Shown one piece after another: positions 13,788-28,035 of a stretch of 64,000 nt of DNA (position 1 is the first letter of the stretch; each line of letters starts with the position of its first letter). The notes under the pieces were generated by a model. The model was not told the DNA's origin and did not search any database. It saw only the letters and a program-made list of their open reading frames with translations. The stretch spans positions 5,184,001-5,248,000 of the forward strand of contig CM000151.3 of NCBI GenBank assembly GCA_000004695.1, in the 5' to 3' direction. The position numbers and the translations under genes are program-made. Source of the stretch: Dictyostelium discoideum (lineage: Eukaryota).

Positions 13788-14042
13788 AATTTCATGAAAT
13801 TTAATTTTAAATATAAAAGTTTATATAAACAAATAAAAAAAAAAAAGAAATTTCAAGAATTAAAATTTTTATTTGATTTAAAATCATAAAATTAGAAATT
13901 AAAAAAAAAGTACAATTCATTCTTTTTTATTTGTTTATATAATTTGATTTTTTTAATTTTTTTTTTTTTAAAATTTTAATTTATTTTTTTTTTTTTTTTT
14001 TCATTTTCGCAATCTCACTTTTTTTTTTATATTAATAATACC

Positions 14043-14089
<47 letters not shown>

Positions 14090-14094
14090 TTTAA

Positions 14095-16377
<2,283 letters not shown>

Positions 16378-16792
16378 AAATATAATTTTTTTTTTTTTTT
16401 TTTTTTATTTGTTTTATTTTATTTATCTATTTAATTAATTAAATTAATATTTTAAATTTTTTTTTTTTTTTTTTGTATATTAAATAAATAAAAGTGGGGG
16501 TAATTTGTTTTTTATTTATTTATTTTTATTGTATTCCAAAAAATTAATTTTTTTTTTTTTTAATTAGTGTATTATCTAGATAATATATTAATATTCAATA
16601 AAAATTATACTAATTATTATTAAATTATTATTATTTTTTTTTTTACTTTATTTTAATTTTTTATAATTTTAAAAATATTTTTTATTTATTTTAAAACTGG
16701 AAAATATTAATATTATATTTTCGGTTTGAGTAAATCTTGAAAAAAAAAAAAGCAAGTGGGAAATTAAAAGGAGGAAAAAAAAAATTTCAAAA

Positions 16793-16850
16793 ATGAGATA
16801 ATGAGATAATGAGATAATGAGATAATGAGATAATGAGATAATGAGATAAT
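16793..16850. repeat. Tandem 8-mer (ATGAGATA) repeated 7 times.
   Basis: Perfect direct copies at 16793-16848, located between the FNIP gene and the P450 gene. Confidence 0.9.
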
Positions 16851-16968
16851 GAAAATCAAATTAATAAAACAATATATTAAATATTAAAAGAAAAAATAAT
16901 TTTTAGAAAAATAAAAAAATTCTTAATTCTTTTATTTTTTTTTTTTTTTTTATAATTCTAAAATACTA

Positions 16969-17002
<34 letters not shown>

Positions 17003-17033
17003 AAATTCAAATTAATAATTTAAATAAAAAAAA

Positions 17034-19064
17034 ATGTTAACGAATATAATAATTTTGATAATATTATATCTTTTTTATGATTTTGTAAGTTTTTAATTTA
17101 AAACATATAATTATTTAAAAATAAAATTGTTATTCCTTTAAAACTAATTTATAAATTTTTTTATTAAAAAAATTATATAAAGTGTTATAAAAATTTTAAA
17201 TATAGAAACTATGGATCCCCTTGGGCTTTACCGGTTATTGGTAAATTTTTTTTTTATTTTTTTTTTTTTTTTTTTATTTTTTTTTAATTAATATTTGTGA
17301 TAATATTTTTTTAATTTTATAAAAGGTCACTTTATTCATGTTATAAATCAACCACATTTAGTTGTACATAATGACCGAATGAAATATAATAATGGAAGAT
17401 TTGTAAATTATTGGTTTGGTGATTATTTATCAATTGCAATTACTGATCCAATACTATATAAAAAAATATATTTAAATTTTCCAAAACAAATAAATTCAAG
17501 ATTAAAATCCCCAACAGTATTAAATATTTCCGAAAGATTTAGAGGGATAATTTCATCAAATGAAAATAATTGGGATTTTCATCATGGGATTTTAAGTAAA
17601 TTATTTAATGGTCATAAAGCCAAAATTAATAATTTTTTATTTGAAAAAGAAACAAAATTTATTATTGAATATATGAAAAAAATTTCCAAATCTGGTGAAA
17701 ATGTAATTATAGCTCTATATATAAAACCTTAATTATTATAATCATTTTAAACCATGTTTTTTAAATTAACATATGTGTTTTTATTTTTATTTTTTTTTTT
17801 AAAAAAGTTTGACACTAGATCAAATTTTTTATATTTTTATTCAAATATTTTATTTGATTATATATTAGGTAAAAGAGTTGAAAACATTTATGAAAATGAA
17901 TTAAGAAAAGATAGAAAAAAATTTATGGTATCTATTCAAGAAGTAATGGATTCTGTTGGCCTTATAAAATTTTTAAATTATTTGATACTTTCATATCCAT
18001 TTCTTAGTATATATTTAAGATATTTCACATATACAACTTTTAATTTAAAAAAGATATTAAAACAATATTATGATGAACATTTAGAAACAATTGATTTAAA
18101 TAAACCAAGAGATGTTTTAGATAATTTAATTATGGAGTATAAAAATCAAAATGCTATAGAATGTGATAAATCATTTGTTGCAATTGCAATTGAATTACTT
18201 GCTGCTGGTACAGGTATAATTTTATATTTAAAAAAAATCTATAATGAATATTATTATAAATTATTATAATTTATTAATTTTTTAAATATTAATTTTTTAT
18301 TTAGATACAAATTCATCAACTAGTGAATGGTTTTTGACTTATTTAGTAAATAACCCTATATATCAAGATAAAATATATGATGAATTAATTGGTGCTTTGA
18401 AAATTAATAAACCATTAAAAGGTAGTGATGTTTTAATTAATTTATCACATAGACCATTGACTCCATTATTTAATGCAACATTAAAAGAAGTATTACGTCT
18501 TATTCCAGCAACACCTTTTTCTGTGCCAAGAATGTCAAATGAAGGATTTGAAGTTGATGGAATTAAAATTCCAAAAGGTGTATGTAATTTGTTTTTTTTA
18601 AAAAATCAACTATAACTCTAAACTGTTTATTTAATACAATTAATTTTTATATTTATTTCACATTTAGACATACTTATTTCCATCAATGTATTCAATTTTT
18701 AGAGATGAAAAGTATTGGGGTGAAAATGCAAATAAATTTTATCCAGAAAGATTTTTAACAGATTCACACTCAAACAATTACTTTCCTTATGGTGTTGGTA
18801 AAAGGATGTGTCTTGGTTCAAATTTTAGTCAACATGAATTATATATTTGTTTAACAAATATAGTATTAAATTTTAAAATAAAAAGTATTGATGGTAAACC
18901 ATTAAATGAAATACCAAGTAAGTATTACCTTTTTTATATATCTTTTGTAAAAATTGTTTAAACAACCAAATTAATATGATTATAATATTTTTTTAAAAAA
19001 TTAAAAAGATTATGGTATAACATTTAGACCAAACATTTTTGAAGTTAAATTAGAAAATCGTTAG
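17034..19064 (+). CDS. Cytochrome P450 monooxygenase, 7 exons. The proposed exons are 17034..17084 (uncertain), 17206..17240, 17326..17702, 17808..18213, 18305..18579, 18668..18917 and 19009..19064.
   Basis: Hallmarks seen are a signal-anchor MLTNIIILIILYLFYDF, ..NYGSPWALPVIGHFIHV.. (PGP-LPxIG hinge), the I-helix AIELLAAGT|DTNSSTSEW split by an intron, and the heme loop FPYGVGKRMCLGSNFSQHELY (FxxGxRxCxG). All internal junctions are phase-consistent, with donors GTAAAT/GTAATT/GTATAA/GTATGT/GTAAGT and pyrimidine-rich ..AG acceptors. The exon1/exon2 phase is inconsistent by 1 nt (see finding). Confidence 0.8.
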
Positions 19065-19375
19065 AATTAAATTTAATAAATTTTTTATACCTTTTGTTTT
19101 AATTATTATTTTATTTTATTTTATTTTATTTTATTCAAAGCACCAATTAAAAAAATAAAAATCATTTAGATTTCTATTTTGTTTTATTTTATTTTATTTT
19201 AAAATAAATAAACATAAAAATTATATTTAACTTATGTAGTGGAAATTTTTTTAATTTCACTTGTAAATAAAACCAATTTGGGTTAAACAACTTAGTTTTA
19301 TATTAAAAAACCTTTTTTAGATAATTTGTTTTTTTTTTTTTTTGAATGATTTGAGTTTGGAACATCTTGTTGATT

Positions 19376-19939
19376 TTAGTTGTCAAGTAATTCACTAATA
19401 CGTTTCATAAACATATAGTATTTCTTCAAAGTTCTTTGAAAAGTTCTACTTGGATGGATTTTACCAAAAATGTGATCTTGAGGTTCAAGCAAATCTCCAG
19501 TTGAGTAAACACTTTTGATGTAGTTTGACAAACCATTTAATCTTTTTCTGCTGATTTCATATTCTTCACCATTGACATCAATTGTGAGTAATGAAGATGC
19601 ACCATTATACACCAAATGTGGAACGGCACTAACACCCTTTTCAATGCAATTGTCAATAAAGAGTTGAGAAAGTTCACTTTTATCCTCATTGATATGAAAT
19701 GAGGTTGTAAAAATATTACCCTCTCCATTGAACAAATCTCTTAATTGTAAACCTTCTTCAACGGTACATTTTTTAAATGCCATATTGTGAGCTTCTTTTA
19801 CAATTTTTAATTCATAAAAATGTTCTTTTACATCACCCTTGAGATGAATAACATCTTCTTCTTTGATATGATGCTTTCTTAAACTTTTACTATTTAAAAT
19901 AATAGTGTGTAAATCATATTTTTGATTTCTGTTTAACAT
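19376..19939 (-). CDS. Hypothetical 186-aa protein, single exon, with no recognisable domain.
   Basis: Clean ATG..TAA ORF of non-low-complexity sequence (..FIDNCIEKGVSAVPHLVYNGASSLLTIDVNGEEYEISRKRLNGLSNYIKSVYSTGDLLEPQDHIFGKIHPSRTFQRTLKKYYMFMKRISELLDN), convergent with the P450 gene. Confidence 0.55.
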   Translation of the reverse strand: MLNRNQKYDLHTIILNSKSLRKHHIKEEDVIHLKGDVKEHFYELKIVKEAHNMAFKKCTVEEGLQLRDLFNGEGNIFTTSFHINEDKSELSQLFIDNCIEKGVSAVPHLVYNGASSLLTIDVNGEEYEISRKRLNGLSNYIKSVYSTGDLLEPQDHIFGKIHPSRTFQRTLKKYYMFMKRISELLDN

Positions 19940-20070
19940 TTTTTTTTTTTTATTATTAATTATTATTTTTTAAACTATTCTTTAAATTTTATTTTTATTT
20001 TTATTTTTTATTTGTTTTGTATTGTTTTATATTTTGGATTTAATAACTTTAAAATATTTTTAATTTATAA

Positions 20071-20110
<40 letters not shown>

Positions 20111-20764
20111 TTAAGTGCAATTTAATATTTTAAGTGTTATTTATTTATAAACAAATTTTTTTTTTTTTTTAAAAAAATTAAATTTGGGGTGTTAAAACTT
20201 AAATTTTCAAAAAAAAAAAAATAAAATAATCTTCTTTGATTTAAAAAAAAAAAAAATCTTTTTTCTCATTTTTTTATCAAATGGGAAAATCATGGAAAAA
20301 CTCAATTTCAAAGGAAATTTCATTAAATTTTTCACTTTTTTTTTTTTTGTGTTGTAATAATAATATTAATAAAATAAAAATAAAAATAATACTAATTTTA
20401 ATTTTTTTTTTTTTTTAATTTTTTTTTCTTTATATCTTATAAATTGATATAAAAACAAATATTTTTATAACTTTAAAAAATGATAACATTATTTTAATTT
20501 TTATTTTTCACTATTAATATTTTTTTCACAAAACATTAAAAAAAACTTTAAAAATTTTATGAGTAATATCTTTTTTTTTTTTTTTATTTTTTAATTCTAA
20601 AAATAGATTTTTAATTAAATTTTTAAAAAGGTATGAGGGGCGCTATTTGGCCATTTCCAAAATCATTTTTTCTTTTAAACGATCATAATTTCCGTTTTTT
20701 CATTTTGTATAAAAAAAAAAAAATTAAAAATAAAAAAAAATAAAAAAAAATCATTTTTAAAACT

Positions 20765-20807
<43 letters not shown>

Positions 20808-20830
20808 AAAAATTTCCTCAAACAAATAAA

Positions 20831-22231
20831 ATGACAAGTAAAATAAAATCAAGTAATACACTTTTAACATTTGATGCAAATGAAGTGACCAATATTAAAT
20901 TAGTTTGGGATATTGAAGAATTAAAGAATAAGGATAAAGAAGATAAAGCACATATAAAAGATGAAGAAGAAGATGAAGATGGACCAGTATCATTTCATCC
21001 ATCATTTTCTCATCAAATATTTAATGATGAACAAGTTCAAGGATATGAAGCTTGTAAAATTGATATTTATATGGGAGCAGGTTCATTAACATCATATATT
21101 GATACAAATTATACTTTACAATCTAAAAATTTAACAAATGTTGAAGGTGAATTATTAAAAGTTTTTTCAAAACAAGACCCACCAATTTCAAAACAATCAT
21201 TTTATAAATTCATTGAAGAAAAAGAAAAATCATTTAAACCAATTGGTAAAAAGATACATGAATATACAATTACAGATAAAGAGAGTGGTGAAGAAACAGA
21301 GTATGAAGTTTATTTTGGCAGAATAACAGATCAAGCAGTATTTAGATACCATGAGAAACTTCAAATATTTGTATTATGGTATATCGATGGTTCTTCCTAT
21401 ATTTGGACAGATGATCCAAATTGGGATATATTTTTCATTTTTGAAAAGAGAATTATAGATGGTGAAAAGAGATATGGCATTACAGGTTATTCAACAATTT
21501 ATAATTTTTATCATCATCCAGAACAAACTAGAGCTAGAATTAGTCAATATTTAATTTTACCACCATACCAAAGAATGGGTCATGGTAAATATTTATTTAA
21601 TTCAATCCATCAATATTATAAAACCAATGATGGATTCTACGGACCAGTTTACGATGTCACCATTGAAGATCCAGCAGATGATTTTAATTTATTAAGAAAC
21701 TATGTCGATTTAAAGAATATTATCGATGAGAAATTATTTGATAATGTTATACTAGATTTAAATGCAAATAATAAATCAGTATTTGAAGAAATTAGAAAGA
21801 AATTATTAGTTCCCCATAAACAGTCAAAAGTTTGTTTAGAAATTTATTTATTTAGTAAATTTTTAGCAACACCAAATTCAAATCCAAAATATAAAGAATT
21901 TAGAATTGCAATTAAAAAGAGACTTTATAAACAAAATATTGGTGATTCTGAACAAATTGAAAAAATGAAACAACAAGTTGCGCAAGAGAATGAAGATAAT
22001 TTACGTCTTGAACAAGAGGAGTTACAGGAGTTACAAGATATTGAAAATAAAAAAAATGGTACAAATATTAAAGTCGCAATCAATACTAAAGAATTAACAA
22101 CACCTTCTGAACCTGAAAAAAGTAAAGAAGAAATTGAAAAAGATAGATTAGAAGAAATTATTCAACTTTATAAAGACTTGGAAGAAAATTATCATAAAAC
22201 TTTATCATCTTTAAATTTAATTACAAAATAA
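20831..22231 (+). CDS. hat1: Histone acetyltransferase type B catalytic subunit (HAT1), single exon, 466 aa.
   Basis: ..EVYFGRITDQAVFRYHEKLQIFVLWYIDGSSYIWTDDPNWDIFFIFEKRIIDGEKRYGITGYSTIYNFYHHPEQTRARISQYLILPPYQRMGHGKYLFNSIHQYY..YDVTIEDPADDFNLLRNYVDLKN matches the HAT1 N-terminal and GNAT core (the R/Q-x-x-G-x-G/A acetyl-CoA motif is MGHGK). Confidence 0.85.
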   Translation: MTSKIKSSNTLLTFDANEVTNIKLVWDIEELKNKDKEDKAHIKDEEEDEDGPVSFHPSFSHQIFNDEQVQGYEACKIDIYMGAGSLTSYIDTNYTLQSKNLTNVEGELLKVFSKQDPPISKQSFYKFIEEKEKSFKPIGKKIHEYTITDKESGEETEYEVYFGRITDQAVFRYHEKLQIFVLWYIDGSSYIWTDDPNWDIFFIFEKRIIDGEKRYGITGYSTIYNFYHHPEQTRARISQYLILPPYQRMGHGKYLFNSIHQYYKTNDGFYGPVYDVTIEDPADDFNLLRNYVDLKNIIDEKLFDNVILDLNANNKSVFEEIRKKLLVPHKQSKVCLEIYLFSKFLATPNSNPKYKEFRIAIKKRLYKQNIGDSEQIEKMKQQVAQENEDNLRLEQEELQELQDIENKKNGTNIKVAINTKELTTPSEPEKSKEEIEKDRLEEIIQLYKDLEENYHKTLSSLNLITK

Positions 22232-22471
22232 ATTTCAAAGTATATTTAATTAAAAAAAAAAAATTAAAAAAATAAAATAAAATATAAGAAATCAATAAAT
22301 AACTTAATAAATTATATTAAATTAAATGAAATGAATTTTTATTTATTTATTTATTTAATTAATTTATTTAATTATTTTAACTATTTATTTATTTATTTAT
22401 TTACAAATAATTATTTCATTTTGAAGATGAAAAATCATTGATTGTGATGATGATTTACCATTCTCGAAAGA

Positions 22472-25400
22472 TTAAGAGGAGAATGCGGAACTTTGTGCAG
22501 AGTTTGAATTTTTACTACCTGAGGAAGAAGATGAATCGTCATTTTCACTTGATTTTGATTGAGAATTACCACTCGATGATGACGAAGATTCAAAAGCAGA
22601 GCTTTGTTCTGATAAAGACGATGATTCACTTGACTCACTACTTTGATTCATTGATCCACTATTTGAAACTTGATCTTTGGATTCAGTTTCTGAACTTTGA
22701 TGACTGTTTGATTCACTTTCTTCTTTATGTGATGATTCATTGTTTGAATTTTGGTTGTTAGATTCGTTATTTGATGATTCATTATTTGAACCCTGGCTGC
22801 TTGATTCATTATTTGACGATTCATTATTTGAACCCTTGCTGCTAGATTCATTATTTGATGATTCATTGTTTGAATTTTGGTTGCTTGATTCATTGTTGGA
22901 TGATTCATTATTTGAACCTTGGCTACTTGATTCATTGTTTGAACCATGGCTACTTGATTCATTGTTTGAACCTTTGCTGCTTGATTCATTGTTTGAGCCA
23001 TGGCTACTTGATTCATTGTTTGAACCTTGGTTACTTGATTCATTATTTGATGATCCATTATTTGAACTTTGGCTACTTGATTCATTATTCGATGATTCAT
23101 TATTTGATGATTCATTGTTTGAACCTTGGCTACTTGATTCGTTATTCGATGATTCATTATTTGATTCATTATTTGATGATTCATTATTTGAACCTTGGTT
23201 GCTTGATTCATTATTTGAAGATTCATTATTTGAACCTTTACTACTTGATTCATTATTTGATGATTCATTATTTGATGATTCATTATTTGATGATTCATTA
23301 TTTGAACTTTGGTTGCTTGGCTCATTATGTGATGATTCATTGTTTGAACCTTGGCTACTTGATTCATTATTTGATGATTCATTGTTTGAACCTTGGTTGC
23401 TTGATTCATTATTTGAACCTTGGCTACTTGATTCATTATTTGATGATCCATTGTTTGAACTATAGTTGCTTGAATCTTGACTACTTGATTCATTATTTGA
23501 TGATTCATTATTTGAACCATGGCTACTTGATTCATTATTTGATGATTCACTGTTTGAACCATGACTGCTTGAGTCGTTGTTAGATTCGCTGTTCAAACTT
23601 TGATTGCTAGATTCATTGCTTGACTCACTATTTGAACCTTGACTTGGTTCATTGTTATATTCACTGTTCAAACTTTGGTTGCTAGATTCATTATTTGATG
23701 ATTCGCTATGTGATGATTCATTGTTTGAACCTTGGTTACTTGATTCATTATTTGATGACTCATTGTTTGATGATAGATTGTTTGAACTTTGATTGCTTGA
23801 CTCATTATTTGATGGCTCATTGTTTGAATTTTGGTTGTTAGAATCGTTATTTGATGATTCATTGTTTGAACCTTGGCTACTTGATTCATTATGTGATGAT
23901 TCATTGTTTGAACCTTGGTTGCTTGATTCGTTGTGTGCTGATTCATTGTTTGAACCTTGGCTGCTTGATTCATTATGTGATGATTCATTGTTTGAACCTT
24001 GGTTGCTTGTTTCATTATGTGAAGATTCATTGTTTGAACCTTGGTTGCTAGATTCATTATTTGATGATTCATTGTTTGAACCTTGGTTGCTTGATTCATT
24101 ATGTGAAGATTCATTGTTTGAACCTTGGTTGCTTGATTCATTATTTGATGATTCATTGTTTGAACCTTGGTTGCTTGATTCATTATGTGATGATTCATTG
24201 TTTGAACCTTGGTTGCTTGATTCGTTGTGTGCTGATTCATTGTTTGAACCTTGGCTGCTTGATTCATTATGTGATGATTCATTATTTGAACCTTGGTTGC
24301 TTGTTTCATTATGTGAAGATTCATTGTTTGAACCTTGGTTGCTAGATTCGTTATTTGAAGATTCATTGTTTGAACCTTGGCTGCTTGATTCATTATTTGT
24401 TGAACTATGGTCATCACTAGATTCATTATTTGAATTTTGGATTTTTAAAGTTTCACTTGAGCTATCTTGTCCACTACTAGAACCTTGGTTACTTGAATGG
24501 TTGTTTGAATGGCTACCGGAGCCTTGGTTACTAGAATCATTTGTTGGATGATTGCCCGAGCTTTGATGATTAGAATCTTCATTTGATTGACTATTGTTAG
24601 ATTCACTGCTTGATGTTTGACCACTTGAACTTTCACTATTATGGCTTGATGATTCTTCTGTTGGTGATTGAATGGGTGGTTGAGTTGGTGGAGAAGTTGG
24701 TTTTTTGGTGAGGGGTGGAGAAGTTGGTTTTGGAGTTGGTTTGTTAAATGGATTTGGGTTATGAACGAAAACATCATTTTGTAAGGTCATAGGACATGCT
24801 AAAATTGAACTCATGACAATATTGAAATTACAATTGTCATCAGTAGAATTGACACTAATTGATGTATATTGTGAATCTTTACAAAGTAAGGTTATTGTAG
24901 TTGATTTTGGTTTACCTGTTCCTTGACACAAATTATTTGATGAGCTACTTGTAATCACAGCGCCATATTGATCATCACTATCTAATGGATTAATGGTAGC
25001 ACTACCATAGTCACCAATAGTACCAATTAAAGAATTATCAGGTTTAATGCATGCAGTTTGACGTGGACAACAAGCTGGTGATGAACAAATGTTCCAATTA
25101 ATTGTTAAACCTTTTAGTACACTAGTATAATATGGATCACTATTTTAAAAAATTAAAAAAATAAAAAAATTAATAAATAATTATTATTATTATTTATATT
25201 ATTAATATTACCTTTTAAATCCTGTAAAATCATAGTTTAAACCATTAAGATTTGGTTTACAATAATATTTTGGAGTTTTTGGTTGTGGTGGTTTGTTAGT
25301 TGGACAAGCTGCTGAACCACTCATTAAAATGTTAAAAGTACAGTCATCAATACGTTCAACTCTTTCAACAGTTGGAGTTGGTTTAGAGGAACATTTTAAA

Positions 25401-25670
25401 TTGATACGAGATTGAATAAATTGTTTACCTCCATTACACTTCATTGTTGAACTTGTACTTGTAATTCTGGCACCAAAAGATGAATTACCCAATGATTCAA
25501 AGCCAACTGAATCAATACTACCAATGCTTGATCCATTTCTAAAGCAAACACTACTATCAATACATTTTGTTGGTGCACCACATACATTCCAATTAATATC
25601 AATACCATCTTTACTATATGAATAAAATGGTACTCTATTTTTTTTTTTTTTTTTTTTAATTAGTAATATA

Positions 25671-25701
<31 letters not shown>

Positions 25702-26492
25702 TAAATAATGAATAGTTACTTTTTAAAATCATTAAAATCATAATTATTTCCATCTAATTCAATTTGACAAGGATATTTATTTGGAAGTGTTGAGGATGGA
25801 CAAGCTGAATTACCAGAAACAATTATATTCATTGAACACAATCCATCTTGAATTACTCTTTCAACTGCATCAGAACCATTTCTGTTACAAAGCATTGTTA
25901 TATTTGTACGTCTGAATTCACCATTTAAACATTTTTGTTTTGAAAAAGTAATTATTGAACCACCAACACCGCCATTTGGTAAAGAGACAAAAGTTGAATT
26001 ATTTAAGTCTCCTAAATTAATAGATGTTTTTCCATAATTTTTACAAACATTTGTTGAGTTTGGACATTTTGGTGATACAGAACAAATTGAAAAATATAAT
26101 GAATAAGGAGTTAAATCATATTGAAAAGGACTATTTTTTATTATTTTATAATTTGTTATTTATTATTTGGGTTGAACGAAAAAAAAAAAAAAAAAAAAAA
26201 AATTAATTTCCAAAAAAAAAAAAAAAAAAAAAAAAAAATTAAATAAAATAAAATAATTTTAGAAAAATTTGGTTAAGTAAATTTAAAAGAACAAAATTTA
26301 ATTAAAGCCAAAATTAGGATTTTTTTTTTTTTTTTACCCAAAAATAACTTACTCTTTGAACTTACTGAAATCATAATCCAAACCATTTAAAGTAGCTTTA
26401 CAATTATCTGGATTTGTTTGGCCATTTGAAATTTGAAAAACTCCCAATATTAAGAAAATTGGAAATAAAAGATTTATAAATTTCATTTTCAT
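22472..26492 (-). CDS. Secreted or cell-surface protein. It has a signal peptide, three MRH-like (mannose-6-phosphate-receptor-homology) Cys domains and a ~700-aa Ser/Asn-rich mucin-like tandem-repeat tail. It has 4 exons (26353..26492, 25720..26130, 25212..25634, 22472..25139).
   Basis: Exon 1 begins MKMKFINLLFPIFLILGVFQISNGQ (signal peptide), then ..CKATLNGLDYDFSKFK. Each domain has the pattern Y.F.IC....C.....C...G......LG...(9-15 residues)..G..I.F....C..G..R.T.I...C..(10-17 residues)..C.....S..ACP followed by NYDFxxFK. All three introns sit in phase 2 right after that FK and use GTAAGT/GTAACT/GTAATA donors. The tail is about 80 copies of a 9-aa unit (ESSNQGSNN / ESSHNESSN..) encoded by 27-nt nucleotide repeats at 22500-24500. 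Confidence 0.7.
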
Positions 26493-26976
26493 TATTATTT
26501 TCTTTTAAAATAATATTGTGAAAGTTTTATTTTTTTTTTTTTTTAATTTATTTAAAAAATAATTTTTAGAAATAATATAAGGTCCTTTTTATATTAAAAA
26601 AAAATTATAAAAAAATAATTTTTCATTATTTAAAAACAAATATATACATATAATTATTTAAATAATATAATAAATAATTTATTCTTAATTTTTATTTTGT
26701 TTTTTTTTTTTTTTTTTTTTTTTTTTTTGATAACATTTTTTTTTAATATTTGTAATAAATTATTTTTTTTACTTTTACTCCCATCCTCTAACAAAAAAAA
26801 AGAAAAAGAAATTTAAAGATACAACCTTCATATATTAGGGCCATATTTTAAATAAAAAATAAAAATAGAAAAATCATATCACTTTCTTTCATTGGAGTTT
26901 GTATAATAATATGAAATTTTATTTTATATTAAAAAATGTGTTTTTTTCAATTGTCACTGCATTCATTATGCATAAT

Positions 26977-26988
26977 GGGGGTGGGGGT
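26977..26988. promoter_or_regulatory. Double G-box GGGGGTGGGGGT about 490 bp upstream of the MRH/Ser-rich gene start (candidate GBF-type site).
   Basis: It is the only G-run in a ~900-bp AT desert. It matches the Dictyostelium G-box (GBF binding, G/GT-rich) and is part of the window-wide GGGGGTG over-representation. Confidence 0.35.
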
Positions 26989-27165
26989 ATTATAAAAAAG
27001 AAAAATATTAATTTACTCAATGATATTGGTGTGAGAACCTAAATATATTAATAATTTATTTTATTCAGAGATCTATCATGCACAAATAACAATACTATTC
27101 CAAAATTATACCTTCACATTTCCTTTTTAATATTAATAATATTTAATTTATTAATTTTTTATTAA

Positions 27166-27204
<39 letters not shown>

Positions 27205-27220
27205 TTTGTAGTTTGGATAT

Positions 27221-27256
<36 letters not shown>

Positions 27257-27671
27257 AAAAAAAATAAAGTGGTTGCATTCCAGGGTGTTATAATAATATT
27301 TTTTTTTTTTTAGTATCGTTTTAAATTTTTATTTTTAGTATTGCTTTAATTTTTTTATTTTAGTATGTTATTTTCGTTTTTATTTCTGCAATATGTTATC
27401 TTTTTTTTTTTTCTAATTTTTTTTTTTTAATTTTTTTTTTTGAAGATATATTCCAATTTTTTCAATGATGTCAAAGCGACGGTTAAAAAAAATTTTGGCT
27501 TCAGGCTGTAAAATATCTGATAGCACGTAAAATAAAAAAATTTTAAAAAAACTTAAATTTGAAAAAAAAAAAAAAAAATTAAAAAAAAAAAAAATTATCA
27601 TTGAGCAGTTTTCTCTGTGTTGTGTAATAATAATAAATAAAAATAATAATAATAATAAATAATAAATAATA

Positions 27672-27726
<55 letters not shown>

Positions 27727-27772
27727 CAAACAATTGAAAAAGAACAATAATAAATTAATAAAAAAAAAGGGA

Positions 27773-27949
27773 ATGAGACAAATTGTCACTGGTGTAATTC
27801 ACCAAACAACACAATCACAACAAATACCAAATGTGATAAACTCAAATCAAATTCAATTTTCAAATGAACCAATGGTTGTTGGAAGTATTGAGGATTTTGA
27901 TATTGACTCTGAAGTTCCACCTCTTGCAATAAATTTACAAAGATCAATA

Positions 27950-28035
<86 letters not shown>

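Noticed and set aside
13686-13889. 67-aa plus-strand ORF MRSLFSSQKKLPVRELNPGLSRDRRKSSPLDQQGNF...
   Set aside because: It overlaps the antisense of the tRNA-Asp gene; a GC-rich tRNA sequence read as protein.
22648-24551. Stack of 240-300-aa ORFs on both strands (MVQTVNHQIMNQ.., MFEFWLLDSLFDD.., MMIHCLNFGCLIHC..), and the possibility that 22500-24500 is a satellite or mobile repeat.
   Set aside because: All are out-of-frame or antisense translations of the 27-nt coding repeat of the Ser-rich tail. The in-frame reading (ESSNQGSNN)n is contiguous with the MRH-domain exon, so this is a coding tandem repeat and not a transposon.
26024-26206. Small AT-rich ORFs in intergenic or intronic DNA (26024..26206, 46150..46368, 60813..61224, 34013..34265, 12669..13478, 1280..1948).
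   Set aside because: Homopolymer or AT-rich translations (poly-F/K/I/N) lacking complexity. Several overlap introns or promoters of the annotated genes.
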